The notes: a model not told the origin generated them from the letters alone. DNA of 54,907 bases from Eudoraea sp. (GCF_049665975.1 NZ_JBATGR010000207.1:1-54907); one strand, 5' to 3'; positions 39,024 to 49,086 are shown, counted from the first letter of the stretch. Numbers and translations are program-made.

Positions 39024-39061
39024 CGCCCAGATTTTGGGAAGCCAAAGTAAAAAAAGCAGTA

Positions 39062-39220
39062 ATGAAAAGAACATATCAGCCATCCAAGCGCAAGAGAAGA
39101 AATAAACATGGATTTAGGGAGCGCATGGCTTCAGTAAGCGGACGTAAAGTTCTCTCGAGAAGAAGAGCTAAAGGAAGAAAAAAACTTAGTGTATCTTCAG
39201 AGCCGAGACATAAAAAATAA
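39062..39220 (+). CDS. rpmH: 50S ribosomal protein L34
   Basis: Below the ORF-track length cutoff. Manual translation gives [52 protein letters not shown] (52 aa). Confidence 0.97.
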   Translation: MKRTYQPSKRKRRNKHGFRERMASVSGRKVLSRRRAKGRKKLSVSSEPRHKK

Positions 39221-39243
39221 TGATTGAATTCTTTAAAATAATT

Positions 39244-39277
39244 AGGTGTTACTTTTTAAAAGTAGCACCTTTTTTTT
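39244..39277 (+). terminator. Intrinsic terminator between rpmH and carB
   Basis: AGGTGTTACTTT-TTA-AAAGTAGCACCT followed by TTTTTTT. Confidence 0.75.
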
Positions 39278-39313
39278 ATCCAATAATTAATAAAAAAGCT
39301 AAATAATAAAGAA

Positions 39314-42166
39314 ATGCCAAAACGTAAAGATTTAAAATCAATACTAATAATAGGTTCCGGACCTATAATAATAGGACAGGCATGTGAATTTGATTATGCT
39401 GGTTCACAAGCTTTGCGATCCTTAAGAGAAGATGGTATAGAGACCGTCCTGATAAATAGTAATCCCGCTACTATTATGACAGATCCTTCTATGGCAGATC
39501 ATATTTACCTTCTACCACTAACCACCAAGTCTATTCTTCACATATTAAAACAGCATCCGACTATTGATGCGGTCTTGCCAACTATGGGTGGACAAACTGC
39601 CTTAAATTTGTGTATTGAGGCTGGAGACAAAGGTATTTGGGATGACTTTGGAATTGAAATTATTGGTGTTGATATAGATGCTATTAATATCACTGAGGAT
39701 CGCGAGAAATTCCGTGAACTAATGCTTAAAATAGGTATTGGAATGGCACCGCAATCTACTGCTACATCTTTTCTTGAGGGAAAGGAGATTGCGCAGGAAT
39801 TTGGATTTCCCCTGGTTATTAGAGCCTCATATACATTAGGAGGAGCCGGTGCATCAATTGTATATAAAGCAGAAGATTTTGATGAACTTTTGAGCCGCGG
39901 ACTTGAAATATCGCCTATACATGAGGTAATGATAGACAAGGCACTTATGGGATGGAAGGAGTATGAACTTGAATTGCTCCGCGATAAAAATGATAATGTA
40001 GTCATTATTTGTGCCATTGAAAATATGGACCCAATGGGTATCCATACAGGAGACTCTATTACGGTGGCGCCCGCCATGACTTTATCCGACAGCACTTATC
40101 AAAGAATGCGCGATATGGCAATACACATGATGAGAAGTATTGGCGATTTTGCCGGAGGATGCAATGTACAGTTTGCGGTGAGTCCGGATGAAAAAGAAGA
40201 TATTATTGCCATTGAAATCAACCCAAGGGTATCCAGATCATCTGCCCTTGCTTCAAAGGCTACAGGGTATCCTATTGCCAAGGTTGCCGCGAAATTAGCT
40301 ATTGGTTACTCTTTGGACGAATTGGAAAATCAGATAACCAAATCTACCTCGGCATTGTTTGAGCCAACACTTGATTATGTGATTGTTAAAATACCTCGGT
40401 GGAATTTTGATAAGTTCGAAGGGTCAGACAGAACTCTGGGTCTTCAGATGAAGTCGGTTGGAGAAGTCATGGGAATAGGACGTTCTTTTCAGGAAGCCTT
40501 GCACAAAGCTACTCAATCTCTTGAAATTAAGCGTAATGGCTTGGGAGCGGACGGGAAAGGATATAAAAATTATGACCAGATTATAAGTAAGCTTACTGTT
40601 CCCAGCTGGGACAGGGTTTTTGTAATTTATGATGCAATACAACTGGGGATTCCTCTTAGCAGAATACATGAAATCACAAAAATTGATATGTGGTTTTTGA
40701 AACAATATGAAGAATTGCATCTGCTGGAAAAGGAAATATCCAAATATACTATTGAAAGTCTGCCTAGGGAATTGCTGCTCGAAGGTAAACAGAAAGGATT
40801 TGCCGATAGACAAATAGCCCATATGCTCGATTGCTATGAGAGTGAAGTGCATACGAAAAGAGTAGCACTAAAGATTAACCGGGTTTACAAATTGGTAGAT
40901 ACTTGTGCTGCTGAATTTAAGGCTATGACCCCCTATTATTACTCTACTTTTGAAGAGGAAATTGAAACCCCTGAGGGAGAGCGGTTTGTGGCTAATGACA
41001 GTATTGTTACCGATCGAAAGAAGATTGTTGTACTTGGTTCAGGACCCAACAGAATAGGGCAGGGGATTGAATTTGATTATTGCTGTGTGCATGGTGTACT
41101 TGCAGCCGCTGAATGCGGTTATGAAACTATCATGATTAATTGTAACCCGGAAACTGTATCTACAGACTTCGATACGGCAGATAAATTATATTTTGAACCA
41201 GTATTCTGGGAACATATCTATGATATTATAAGACATGAAGATCCCGAAGGTGTAATTGTTCAATTAGGAGGCCAAACCGCTCTTAAATTAGCAGAAAAAT
41301 TAGATAAATACGGGATTAAAATTATAGGAACCAGTTTCGAGTCTTTAGACCTTGCCGAAGACAGAGGAAGCTTTTCAAAATTATTGCAGGCTAATAATAT
41401 TCCTTATCCAGAATTTGGAGTTGCAGAAAGCGCGGAAGAGGCACTGGAATTGGCAGATGTACTTGATTTCCCTCTACTGGTAAGACCTTCCTATGTCCTG
41501 GGTGGACAGGGAATGAAAATAGTAATCAATAAGGAAGAACTGGAAGAACATGTTGTAGATCTTCTGCGAAAAATACCCAATAATAAACTTTTACTGGATC
41601 ATTATTTGGATGGAGCTATAGAAGCTGAAGCCGATGCTATATGTGATGGCAAGGAGGTATATATAATTGGAATAATGGAGCATATTGAACCCTGTGGCAT
41701 ACATTCAGGAGACTCTAATGCCACCCTGCCACCGTTTAACCTCGGGGAATTTGTGATGCAACAAATTAAGGATCATACCAAAAAAATCGCTCTTGCCTTG
41801 AATACAGTTGGATTAATCAATATTCAGTTCGCAATAAAGGATGATTTGGTATATATCATAGAGGCTAATCCCAGAGCATCCCGGACTGTTCCATTTATTT
41901 CCAAGGCATACGGAGAGCCCTATGTTAATTATGCGACCAAGGTTATGCTTGGCGAAAAGAAGATAAGCGATTTTACTTTTAATCCCAAATTGGAAGGTTT
42001 TGCAATAAAACAACCTGTTTTTTCATTTAACAAATTTCCCAATGTGAATAAAAACCTCGGGCCTGAAATGAAAAGCACCGGTGAAAGTATCTTGTTTATA
42101 GATAATTTGAAAGATGATCAGTTCTATGAATTGTATTCTAAACGAAAGATGTATTTGAGCAAATAA
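39314..42166 (+). CDS. carB: Carbamoyl-phosphate synthase large subunit (short form, 950 aa)
   Basis: GSGPIIIGQACEFDY, IEINPRVSRSSALASKATG, second GSGPNRIGQGIEFDY and LGPEMKSTGE. Confidence 0.97.
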   Translation: MPKRKDLKSILIIGSGPIIIGQACEFDYAGSQALRSLREDGIETVLINSNPATIMTDPSMADHIYLLPLTTKSILHILKQHPTIDAVLPTMGGQTALNLCIEAGDKGIWDDFGIEIIGVDIDAINITEDREKFRELMLKIGIGMAPQSTATSFLEGKEIAQEFGFPLVIRASYTLGGAGASIVYKAEDFDELLSRGLEISPIHEVMIDKALMGWKEYELELLRDKNDNVVIICAIENMDPMGIHTGDSITVAPAMTLSDSTYQRMRDMAIHMMRSIGDFAGGCNVQFAVSPDEKEDIIAIEINPRVSRSSALASKATGYPIAKVAAKLAIGYSLDELENQITKSTSALFEPTLDYVIVKIPRWNFDKFEGSDRTLGLQMKSVGEVMGIGRSFQEALHKATQSLEIKRNGLGADGKGYKNYDQIISKLTVPSWDRVFVIYDAIQLGIPLSRIHEITKIDMWFLKQYEELHLLEKEISKYTIESLPRELLLEGKQKGFADRQIAHMLDCYESEVHTKRVALKINRVYKLVDTCAAEFKAMTPYYYSTFEEEIETPEGERFVANDSIVTDRKKIVVLGSGPNRIGQGIEFDYCCVHGVLAAAECGYETIMINCNPETVSTDFDTADKLYFEPVFWEHIYDIIRHEDPEGVIVQLGGQTALKLAEKLDKYGIKIIGTSFESLDLAEDRGSFSKLLQANNIPYPEFGVAESAEEALELADVLDFPLLVRPSYVLGGQGMKIVINKEELEEHVVDLLRKIPNNKLLLDHYLDGAIEAEADAICDGKEVYIIGIMEHIEPCGIHSGDSNATLPPFNLGEFVMQQIKDHTKKIALALNTVGLINIQFAIKDDLVYIIEANPRASRTVPFISKAYGEPYVNYATKVMLGEKKISDFTFNPKLEGFAIKQPVFSFNKFPNVNKNLGPEMKSTGESILFIDNLKDDQFYELYSKRKMYLSK

Positions 42167-42207
42167 GTGTTATGAACTGTATTCCGAAATGTCAATAAAT
42201 TAGATAT

Positions 42208-43242
42208 TTATGGATTTTCCCGTTTTGCACCTATGCTTCTTTTATGAATGGCATAAGCCTTAGAAGGATTAACTGAAATTAGAAGATTGATTTCATCCTC
42301 GGTAAACCCTTTGGACCTTAGGAGTGGGAGCAGTGTTTTGAAGATTGTTGTATAGGGTTGAATGTTTTGCGATTTTTTCTGCGGGTCATACCATCCGGCA
42401 TCGTGTGATATCAAAATTTGATCTAAAAAACCATTTCTTTTCGCATATAGTAGTTTTTCAATATGCTTGTCCATCTCCCAGGCTAAACCATCCAGGCTTA
42501 TCCAACAACCTGTTTTTGCTGCTTTTTGAAGGTTTGTTTCTTCTTCTTCAGCTTGTGCATGGACCCAAATAAAAGCTTTTGGTGATACCCCCTGTTCAGA
42601 TAAAATCTCCAATTGTGGCCAAAGCGCAAGAGCCTTTCCTGTATGTGAGGCAATTGTTAAACCGCTTTTTAAGTGACATAGGGCAGCGGCTGTAACTAAC
42701 TTTTCATGCATGGGACTTAGGGAATCGGTATTGTCTACGCTTATTTTTATAAATCCAGGTTTTACGGTGGTGCCATCAATTCCTTCTTCAAATTCCTCCA
42801 ACCATTGCTGCGCTAATTCTTCAGCTGTATTTCTCCTGGCAATGTCCGGGATAAATTTGTTATTCTGAGCCCCATAAAGCCCCGTATTAGTAATTATTCT
42901 CATACCGGTCTTGTCTGCAAGTTCCTGTAAGAGGTGAACATCCCTGCCCAGGTATTTTGGGGTGGCATCAACAAAGTATTTCACATTAAAGTCCTGAAGT
43001 TCTAACAGAAAAGGGAGCAGCTGTTTTGAAACATCATCCTTATTCCAGGAACTGGAAATAATTTTATCTGCCCCAATAAAATCTACCAATATATGTTCAT
43101 GTGATAACCAAATTTCCCCTGGTTTTACGGCATGCTTTCCCTTAATATCCTGAATGTATCCAGGCTTGTTTTGGGCTATTCCACCCCAGACTACCAGAAA
43201 GAATATATATGCGGTAAGGATTTTTATTAGTTTAAGTTTCAT
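42208..43242 (-). CDS. Phosphotriesterase-family amidohydrolase with probable signal peptide
   Basis: Metal ligands LSHEH, FIK (carbamylated Lys), SHTG, VHA and SHD; VDATP...GRD. Confidence 0.85.
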   Translation of the reverse strand: MKLKLIKILTAYIFFLVVWGGIAQNKPGYIQDIKGKHAVKPGEIWLSHEHILVDFIGADKIISSSWNKDDVSKQLLPFLLELQDFNVKYFVDATPKYLGRDVHLLQELADKTGMRIITNTGLYGAQNNKFIPDIARRNTAEELAQQWLEEFEEGIDGTTVKPGFIKISVDNTDSLSPMHEKLVTAAALCHLKSGLTIASHTGKALALWPQLEILSEQGVSPKAFIWVHAQAEEEETNLQKAAKTGCWISLDGLAWEMDKHIEKLLYAKRNGFLDQILISHDAGWYDPQKKSQNIQPYTTIFKTLLPLLRSKGFTEDEINLLISVNPSKAYAIHKRSIGAKRENP

Positions 43243-43419
43243 GTAAGAGATAAAAGTGACTAAGTTATCATAAGATATTAAGACTGCTATTATTATATTT
43301 TTTCAATTAAATAGCTAAGGTTGTGCTGTTTAATGGTATTGATTTCCTTAAATTATAGAATGGGTTTTTCTCTTAATATCAATTCCCTGTTTCTATTATA
43401 GAGGTGCTGAGTATAAAAA

Positions 43420-44829
43420 TTAGCTCCAATCGGTATGGAAAATACCTTCTCTGTCAGTTCGTTCATAAGTGTGCGACCCGAAATAATCTCGCTGAGCCTG
43501 AATAAGATTTAAAGGTAATCGTTCAGAGGTATAGGCATCAAAATAACTTAGGGAATTAAAAAGCCCAGGCATTGGAATACCATTCTCTGCTGCATAAGTC
43601 ACTAGTTCTCTTGCTGCTCCTACAGAATCCTTTATTTTTTCTACAAATAAAGGCGCTAAAAGTAGATTTGCCAAATCTTTGTCTTTCTCAAATACTTGGG
43701 CAATATCTTCGAGCAGAGCCGCTCTGATAATACATCCCGCCCTCCAAATTCTGGCTATACTTGCCAGTCTAAGTTCATACCCATATTCACTGGAAGCTGC
43801 CCTTAATTGATGCATACCTTGCGCATACGTGATTATAAACGCAAAAAACATCGCTTTTTCCGCTTTTTTAATAAGTATTTGCTTTTTTTCCAGTTCGATT
43901 GTCCCTCGATCATACTTTTTTGACGCTAATACTCTTTCTTGTTTTAAGGCAGAGATCTCACGCATGCTAACTGCAATATCTATTGTGGGAATCGGAATTC
44001 CAATATCCATTGCATTTTGAGACGTCCATTTACCCGTTCCTTTTTGCTTCGCTTTATCTAAAATTTTATCTACTAATTGACCTTGACCTAAATCATCTTT
44101 CTTCTCAAATATTTTTGCACTTATCTCCACCAAAAAAGACTGCAAGTATCCTTTATTCCATTCGGTATAGACTTTATGTAATTCATTATTGTTTAGCTGT
44201 CCTCCTTTTTGTAAAAGATCGTAAAATTCTGAGGTTAATTGCATTAATCCATATTCTATTCCATTGTGCACCATTTTCACATAATTCCCCGCAGATTTCG
44301 GACCCATATAAGCCACACAGGGCTCATTATTGAATTTAGCCGCTACTGCTTCAAAAATAGGCTGTACTTCCTTGTATGCTTCCCTGGAGCCGCCTGGCAT
44401 AATGCTAGGCCCCTTTCTTGCCCCTTCAGCACCACCGGAAACACCTGCACCAACAAAATGAATTCCTTTGGACTGTAAATATGCTTCTCTTCTGTCTGTA
44501 TCTGTAAAAAAAGAATTCCCGCCGTCAATTATAATATCATCTGGTGATAAATAGGGAAGCAAACTTTCAATCACAGAATCGACAATCTTTCCTGCAGGCA
44601 CCAGTAACATAATTTTGCGAGGTAACGAGAGGGCATTAACAAAAACACTAATATCACCAGACGCATTTACCCTGGCTTTATCTCCTCCTTCTTCTATTAA
44701 TGCACTCACCTTTTCAGGATCAAGGTCATAACCAAATGCTTTATAGTCATGGTCCGCGACATTTAAAATAAAATTGCGACCCATAACCCCAAGGCCCACC
44801 AATCCAAAATCATATGCAGTATTTTCCAT
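43420..44829 (-). CDS. gnd: 6-phosphogluconate dehydrogenase, decarboxylating
   Basis: GLGVMG, IDGGNS, GVSGG, VKMVHNGIEY, QKGTGKW and QAQRDYFGSH; -7 element TATTTTTG at 44927-44934. Confidence 0.96.
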   Translation of the reverse strand: MENTAYDFGLVGLGVMGRNFILNVADHDYKAFGYDLDPEKVSALIEEGGDKARVNASGDISVFVNALSLPRKIMLLVPAGKIVDSVIESLLPYLSPDDIIIDGGNSFFTDTDRREAYLQSKGIHFVGAGVSGGAEGARKGPSIMPGGSREAYKEVQPIFEAVAAKFNNEPCVAYMGPKSAGNYVKMVHNGIEYGLMQLTSEFYDLLQKGGQLNNNELHKVYTEWNKGYLQSFLVEISAKIFEKKDDLGQGQLVDKILDKAKQKGTGKWTSQNAMDIGIPIPTIDIAVSMREISALKQERVLASKKYDRGTIELEKKQILIKKAEKAMFFAFIITYAQGMHQLRAASSEYGYELRLASIARIWRAGCIIRAALLEDIAQVFEKDKDLANLLLAPLFVEKIKDSVGAARELVTYAAENGIPMPGLFNSLSYFDAYTSERLPLNLIQAQRDYFGSHTYERTDREGIFHTDWS

Positions 44830-45009
44830 AAGTATGGTTTTAAATGTTTATTCGACTTAGGATGGACACCTTAATTTTCTTCTTATGGAGAAGTAAATAA
44901 ATTTTATCTTAGCCAAAGGCGAGATTCAAAAATAATTTAAAATATCGAATTTAAGGTCTATATGTATTTTCTCTCAAAGTATAAAACTAAATAATTAACT
45001 AAACTGTCT

Positions 45010-46542
45010 ATGAGTAAAGTAGAAAATCAAATGCTGATAATTTTTGGTGCTTCAGGCGATCTAACTTCCAGAAAGCTTATCCCGGCATTGTTTGACCTAT
45101 ATAAAGGAAACCATCTGGCCGAAAACTTTGTCGTTTTGGGAACCAGCAGAAGTGTTTTAAGTGATCAGGAATTCAGAGAGAAAGTTGTTACCAAAAGCAA
45201 GTATTTAAAGGAAATGCTTAATGGACATGACGAAGCCTATATAAAGGCCTTTGCCGATAAAATATTTTATACGACTATTGGAGAGAATTACAATTCAGAC
45301 TACAACGGATTAAAAGAAAGAATCTCCTCACTTAACGAAAAACATGGTACGGAGAACAATTTTATGTTCTATCTCTCGACTCCTCCAAATATTTATGAGA
45401 CCATTGCTATGAATCTTGCAGAACAGGAATTGGCGGATGAGACACAGGGCTGGAAAAGGATTATCGTAGAAAAACCCTTTGGTTACAGTTACGAAACCGC
45501 TAAGAATTTAAATACAGGACTGCAAAAATATTTTAGTGAACCCCAGATTTACAGGATTGATCATTACCTGGGAAAAGAAACAGTACAAAACCTTTTGATA
45601 ACTAGATTTGCAAACAGCATATTTGAACCTTTGTGGAACAGAAATTACATTCATCATGTGGAGATAACTAATGCGGAAACGGTGGGAGTAGAAAAGAGAG
45701 GTGGTTACTATGATAAATCGGGTGCATTACGGGATATGTTCCAGAATCACCTTTTGCAAATTATCTCATTGGTAGTGATGGAGCCGCCTATTGCTGATAA
45801 AGCCGAAGAAATAAGGAATGAGAAAGTAAAAGCCCTGAAGTCTCTGAGGATTATGAGAGATGAGGAAACACTCTTTAAAAACACTATTAAAGGCCAATAT
45901 TTGGCTTCGGATATAATGGGTGAAAAGGTGCCTGGCTATCGAGAAGAAGAAGGAGTGGATCCTGAATCTACCACAGAAACCTATGCGGCATTAAAATTTT
46001 TCATCGATAACTGGCGATGGAAAGACGTGCCTTTTTATGTAAGAACTGCAAAAAGAATGCCTACAAAAGTTACCGAAGTAGTGATACATTTTAAATCGCC
46101 TCATCATCATATTTTTAGTGAATCAGGTATTATTGACAAAGACAATAAGTTGATTATACGCATACAGCCGGATGAAGGTATTTTGATAAAATTCGGAGTA
46201 AAAGTTCCGGGGCAGGGTTTTAAGGTAGAGCGAGCGAATCTTGAATTTTACTATTCCGGCCTGGCGGAGACAAACGTAATGAGTGCTTATGAAAGACTCT
46301 TGTTAGATGCAATGCAGGGAGATCCGACTTTATATGCACGGGCAGATGAAGTAGAAGCTGCTTGGGAGTTTGTGGATCCAATTTTAGAATACTGGAAGAA
46401 CGGAACTGATGTTAAAACCTATGGTTATTCCTCGGGAGTCTGGGGTCCTCAAAATGCCGACGAACTTTTTGAAGGTCTTTACAGCTGGCGAAATCCGGGG
46501 GAAAACCTTGCAGATGACCCTGGCTTCTGTGTAATATGTTAA
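45010..46542 (+). CDS. zwf: Glucose-6-phosphate 1-dehydrogenase
   Basis: GASGDL, EKPFG, RIDHYLGKE and RDMFQNH. Confidence 0.97.
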   Translation: MSKVENQMLIIFGASGDLTSRKLIPALFDLYKGNHLAENFVVLGTSRSVLSDQEFREKVVTKSKYLKEMLNGHDEAYIKAFADKIFYTTIGENYNSDYNGLKERISSLNEKHGTENNFMFYLSTPPNIYETIAMNLAEQELADETQGWKRIIVEKPFGYSYETAKNLNTGLQKYFSEPQIYRIDHYLGKETVQNLLITRFANSIFEPLWNRNYIHHVEITNAETVGVEKRGGYYDKSGALRDMFQNHLLQIISLVVMEPPIADKAEEIRNEKVKALKSLRIMRDEETLFKNTIKGQYLASDIMGEKVPGYREEEGVDPESTTETYAALKFFIDNWRWKDVPFYVRTAKRMPTKVTEVVIHFKSPHHHIFSESGIIDKDNKLIIRIQPDEGILIKFGVKVPGQGFKVERANLEFYYSGLAETNVMSAYERLLLDAMQGDPTLYARADEVEAAWEFVDPILEYWKNGTDVKTYGYSSGVWGPQNADELFEGLYSWRNPGENLADDPGFCVIC

Positions 46543-46548
46543 GCTCAA

Positions 46549-47265
46549 ATGATGGAATTCAATATAACGGAATCAAAAAAGCAAACAGCGAGATTATTTT
46601 CAGAATACCTTAGTAATCTTATCGCCAAAAATAATATTTCACATATTGCCTTGTCAGGCGGGAGTACTCCAAAGGAAGTTTTTAAAGAACTGGCAAAACA
46701 TTTCAAAAACGAGATAGATTGGTCCAAAGTTCAGTTCTATTGGGGTGATGAACGCTGCGTTCCGCCTGATGATAAGGAAAGCAACTACAAGATGACCAAT
46801 GAGTATTTATTTTCAAAAATAGAACTTCCTCCAGGCAACATATATCGAATTAAGGGGGAGAATGAACCAGTGGTAGAAGCCAAAAGATATGCAGATCTTT
46901 TAGAAAAAAACCTTCCTAAGGTTGGAATGCAGCCACAATTTGATCTTGTTGTTCTTGGCCTTGGAGATGATGGACATACCGCCTCTATTTTTCCTAACCA
47001 GATGCACTTATGGAATTCTAAAGCGTACTGTGAGGTAGCAGAACATCCTTTAACGGGACAGAAACGAGTTACGTTAACCGGCAGTATTATAAATAGTGCT
47101 AAAGAGGTAGCGTTTTTAGTAACAGGTGCTAATAAGGCGGAAAAAGTATTAGAGATTATTAAGAGGAAGGGAAACTATAATACCTATCCTGCTTCTCTTG
47201 TTAAACCCAACTCAGGTAAGTTAAACTGGTTTTTAGATGCAGCCGCAGCAAAATTAATTGCATGA
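46549..47265 (+). CDS. pgl: 6-phosphogluconolactonase
   Basis: ALSGGSTP, WGDERCV and GLGDDGHTASIF. Confidence 0.95.
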   Translation: MMEFNITESKKQTARLFSEYLSNLIAKNNISHIALSGGSTPKEVFKELAKHFKNEIDWSKVQFYWGDERCVPPDDKESNYKMTNEYLFSKIELPPGNIYRIKGENEPVVEAKRYADLLEKNLPKVGMQPQFDLVVLGLGDDGHTASIFPNQMHLWNSKAYCEVAEHPLTGQKRVTLTGSIINSAKEVAFLVTGANKAEKVLEIIKRKGNYNTYPASLVKPNSGKLNWFLDAAAAKLIA

Positions 47266-47315
47266 AGTTTATTTTTAAATTCTGCTGAGGCCAAAAACAG
47301 GTCTTTTTTAAGAAA

Positions 47316-47681
47316 TCAGTTATTAAAATGTGGTGATTTTTCAAGTTGGACCTCGGTAATGAAGTATTTGGTATCACCCCACCATGAGAATGTAGTATAA
47401 CGTTCCTCGTAATTCAATTTAACGTAGGCGCCCTGATATTCTTTCAGCTTATCAATTACATCTTTCTTTTTACCGGACACCGAAAACTTAAATATTTGTG
47501 CACCTGAAATACCCTGGCTTAATTCGCCTTCCCATGTTTTCATAACAACGCCTTTATGACTAATTTTTATTAGCTCTCCAGATCGGACACCTTCACTGTA
47601 GGGCACATAATAAACAAAAGCAAAGAAAGAGGCAAAAGCCAAAATTATAATGGTAACCACAATGAATAAAGTTTTTTTCAT
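47316..47681 (-). CDS. Conserved membrane-anchored protein of unknown function
   Basis: N-terminal TM helix; YSEGVRSG...KTWEGEL motif; starts 5 bp after the rmuC stop. Confidence 0.75.
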   Translation of the reverse strand: MKKTLFIVVTIIILAFASFFAFVYYVPYSEGVRSGELIKISHKGVVMKTWEGELSQGISGAQIFKFSVSGKKKDVIDKLKEYQGAYVKLNYEERYTTFSWWGDTKYFITEVQLEKSPHFNN

Positions 47682-47686
47682 GTATT

Positions 47687-49024
47687 CTAATTTAGTTTTT
47701 CATCAAAATCATCTTGCTGGGCTCGTTCAAGATATTTATCCGGCAGAGATTTTTTCGCTTTAGCTCCCATTTTTTTAAGCTTTTCTATACTTGTTATAAT
47801 ATTCCCACGACCTTCTACCAATTTATTCATAGCCCCCTTATACTCAATCTTTGCCTCATCCATTTTTTTACCCACTTTGGTTAAATCTGATATAAATCCT
47901 TCAAATTTATCATATAATGCACCGGCTTGTCTGGCTATCTCAATAGCATTTCTTTGCTGCTTCTCATTATTCCACATGCTATCAATTGTGCGAAGTGTTG
48001 CCAATAAGGTTGAAGGTGTGACAATAACAATATTTTGCTCAAATGCTTTATTATAAATGGAGTTGTCATTGTTTATTGCGATTGCAAAAGCAGGTTCTAT
48101 AGGAACAAACATTAAAACAAAATCCGGGCTTTCCATTTCATAAAGATCCTCATATTTTTTAGATGATAACTGATCCACATGGTTCTTCAAAGAACTAATA
48201 TGTTCTTTTAAAAATTTTTCTTGAAATTCCTCTTCGGCATTTATATAACGCTCATAGGCCGTAAGCGATACCTTGGAATCTACAACCATTTTTTTGCCAT
48301 CGGGGAGATTAATTATCACGTCGGGCAATACCCTGCTGCCATCTTCTCTGGTAAAACTTTGCTGAACTGAATATTCCCTGTCTTTTTCAAGACCTGATTT
48401 TTCAAGTACTCTTTCCAGCACTAATTCCCCCCAATTTCCTTGCATTTTGCTGTCCCCTTTTAGTGCTTTTGTCAAATTTTCCGCTTCCTGTGTAATTTTT
48501 AGATTTTGACTTTGCAGGTTTAATAATTGCTCTTTAAGTGAGGAGTGGATGCTAATATTTTCCTTTTGACTTTTCTCAACTTTGTCTTCAAAGGTTTTAA
48601 TTTTTTCCTTTAAGGGATTAAGAATATTTTCAATATTTTCTTTATTCTGTTTGGTAAATTTTTCTGATTTTACATCTAATATTCTATTGGCTAAATTTTC
48701 GAATTCTTTAGTAAATTTTTCCTGAAGTTTTTCTACTTCTCCCTTCTGCTCTGTATTTTTTTGCTGAAGGTTAGCCATTTCGGTTTCATAACGACTGATC
48801 TGGATCCCCAAAAGTTCCTTTTGAGACCGCAATTCACGAGTCTCTTCAATACCTAGTTCCAGCCTTTTCTCCATTTCTGAAAGGTTGTTCCTGAGCTGTT
48901 GCTCACGTTCTAGGAGGGTGCTGTTACTTGATTTAGTTTTAAGATTTTGGATGTAGTTACCTAAAAAATAACCGGCCACTAAAAAAACCAAAGCAAGAAT
49001 ACTATAAACCAAATAGGTTTCCAT
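47687..49024 (-). CDS. rmuC: DNA recombination protein RmuC
   Basis: N-terminal TM helix, coiled coil, QGNWGE, PD-(D/E)XK-like LPDVIINLP...VDSKV and FVLMFVP. Confidence 0.93.
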   Translation of the reverse strand: METYLVYSILALVFLVAGYFLGNYIQNLKTKSSNSTLLEREQQLRNNLSEMEKRLELGIEETRELRSQKELLGIQISRYETEMANLQQKNTEQKGEVEKLQEKFTKEFENLANRILDVKSEKFTKQNKENIENILNPLKEKIKTFEDKVEKSQKENISIHSSLKEQLLNLQSQNLKITQEAENLTKALKGDSKMQGNWGELVLERVLEKSGLEKDREYSVQQSFTREDGSRVLPDVIINLPDGKKMVVDSKVSLTAYERYINAEEEFQEKFLKEHISSLKNHVDQLSSKKYEDLYEMESPDFVLMFVPIEPAFAIAINNDNSIYNKAFEQNIVIVTPSTLLATLRTIDSMWNNEKQQRNAIEIARQAGALYDKFEGFISDLTKVGKKMDEAKIEYKGAMNKLVEGRGNIITSIEKLKKMGAKAKKSLPDKYLERAQQDDFDEKLN

Positions 49025-49086
49025 AAATTTTTGATTCTGGTAAGTAAAGATAATCGATTAACATTAATTTTCTGTGGTAGATAAAC

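Noticed and set aside
39538..40852. Long antisense ORFs inside carB (185 and 142 aa), and similar 60-117 aa ORFs inside other genes
   Set aside because: They lie wholly opposite or within well-conserved genes and show the Ser/Ile/Pro-rich composition typical of antisense frames; no independent signals.
43279..43308. Possible fourth ECF promoter upstream of the phosphotriesterase (CAGTCTTA on the minus strand)
   Set aside because: The -10 box matches, but the position 17 nt upstream reads TGAA rather than AAAC.
47687..49024. RmuC as an anti-phage defence nuclease
   Set aside because: It has the ordinary TM plus coiled-coil RmuC architecture in a housekeeping context, with no defence-associated neighbours.
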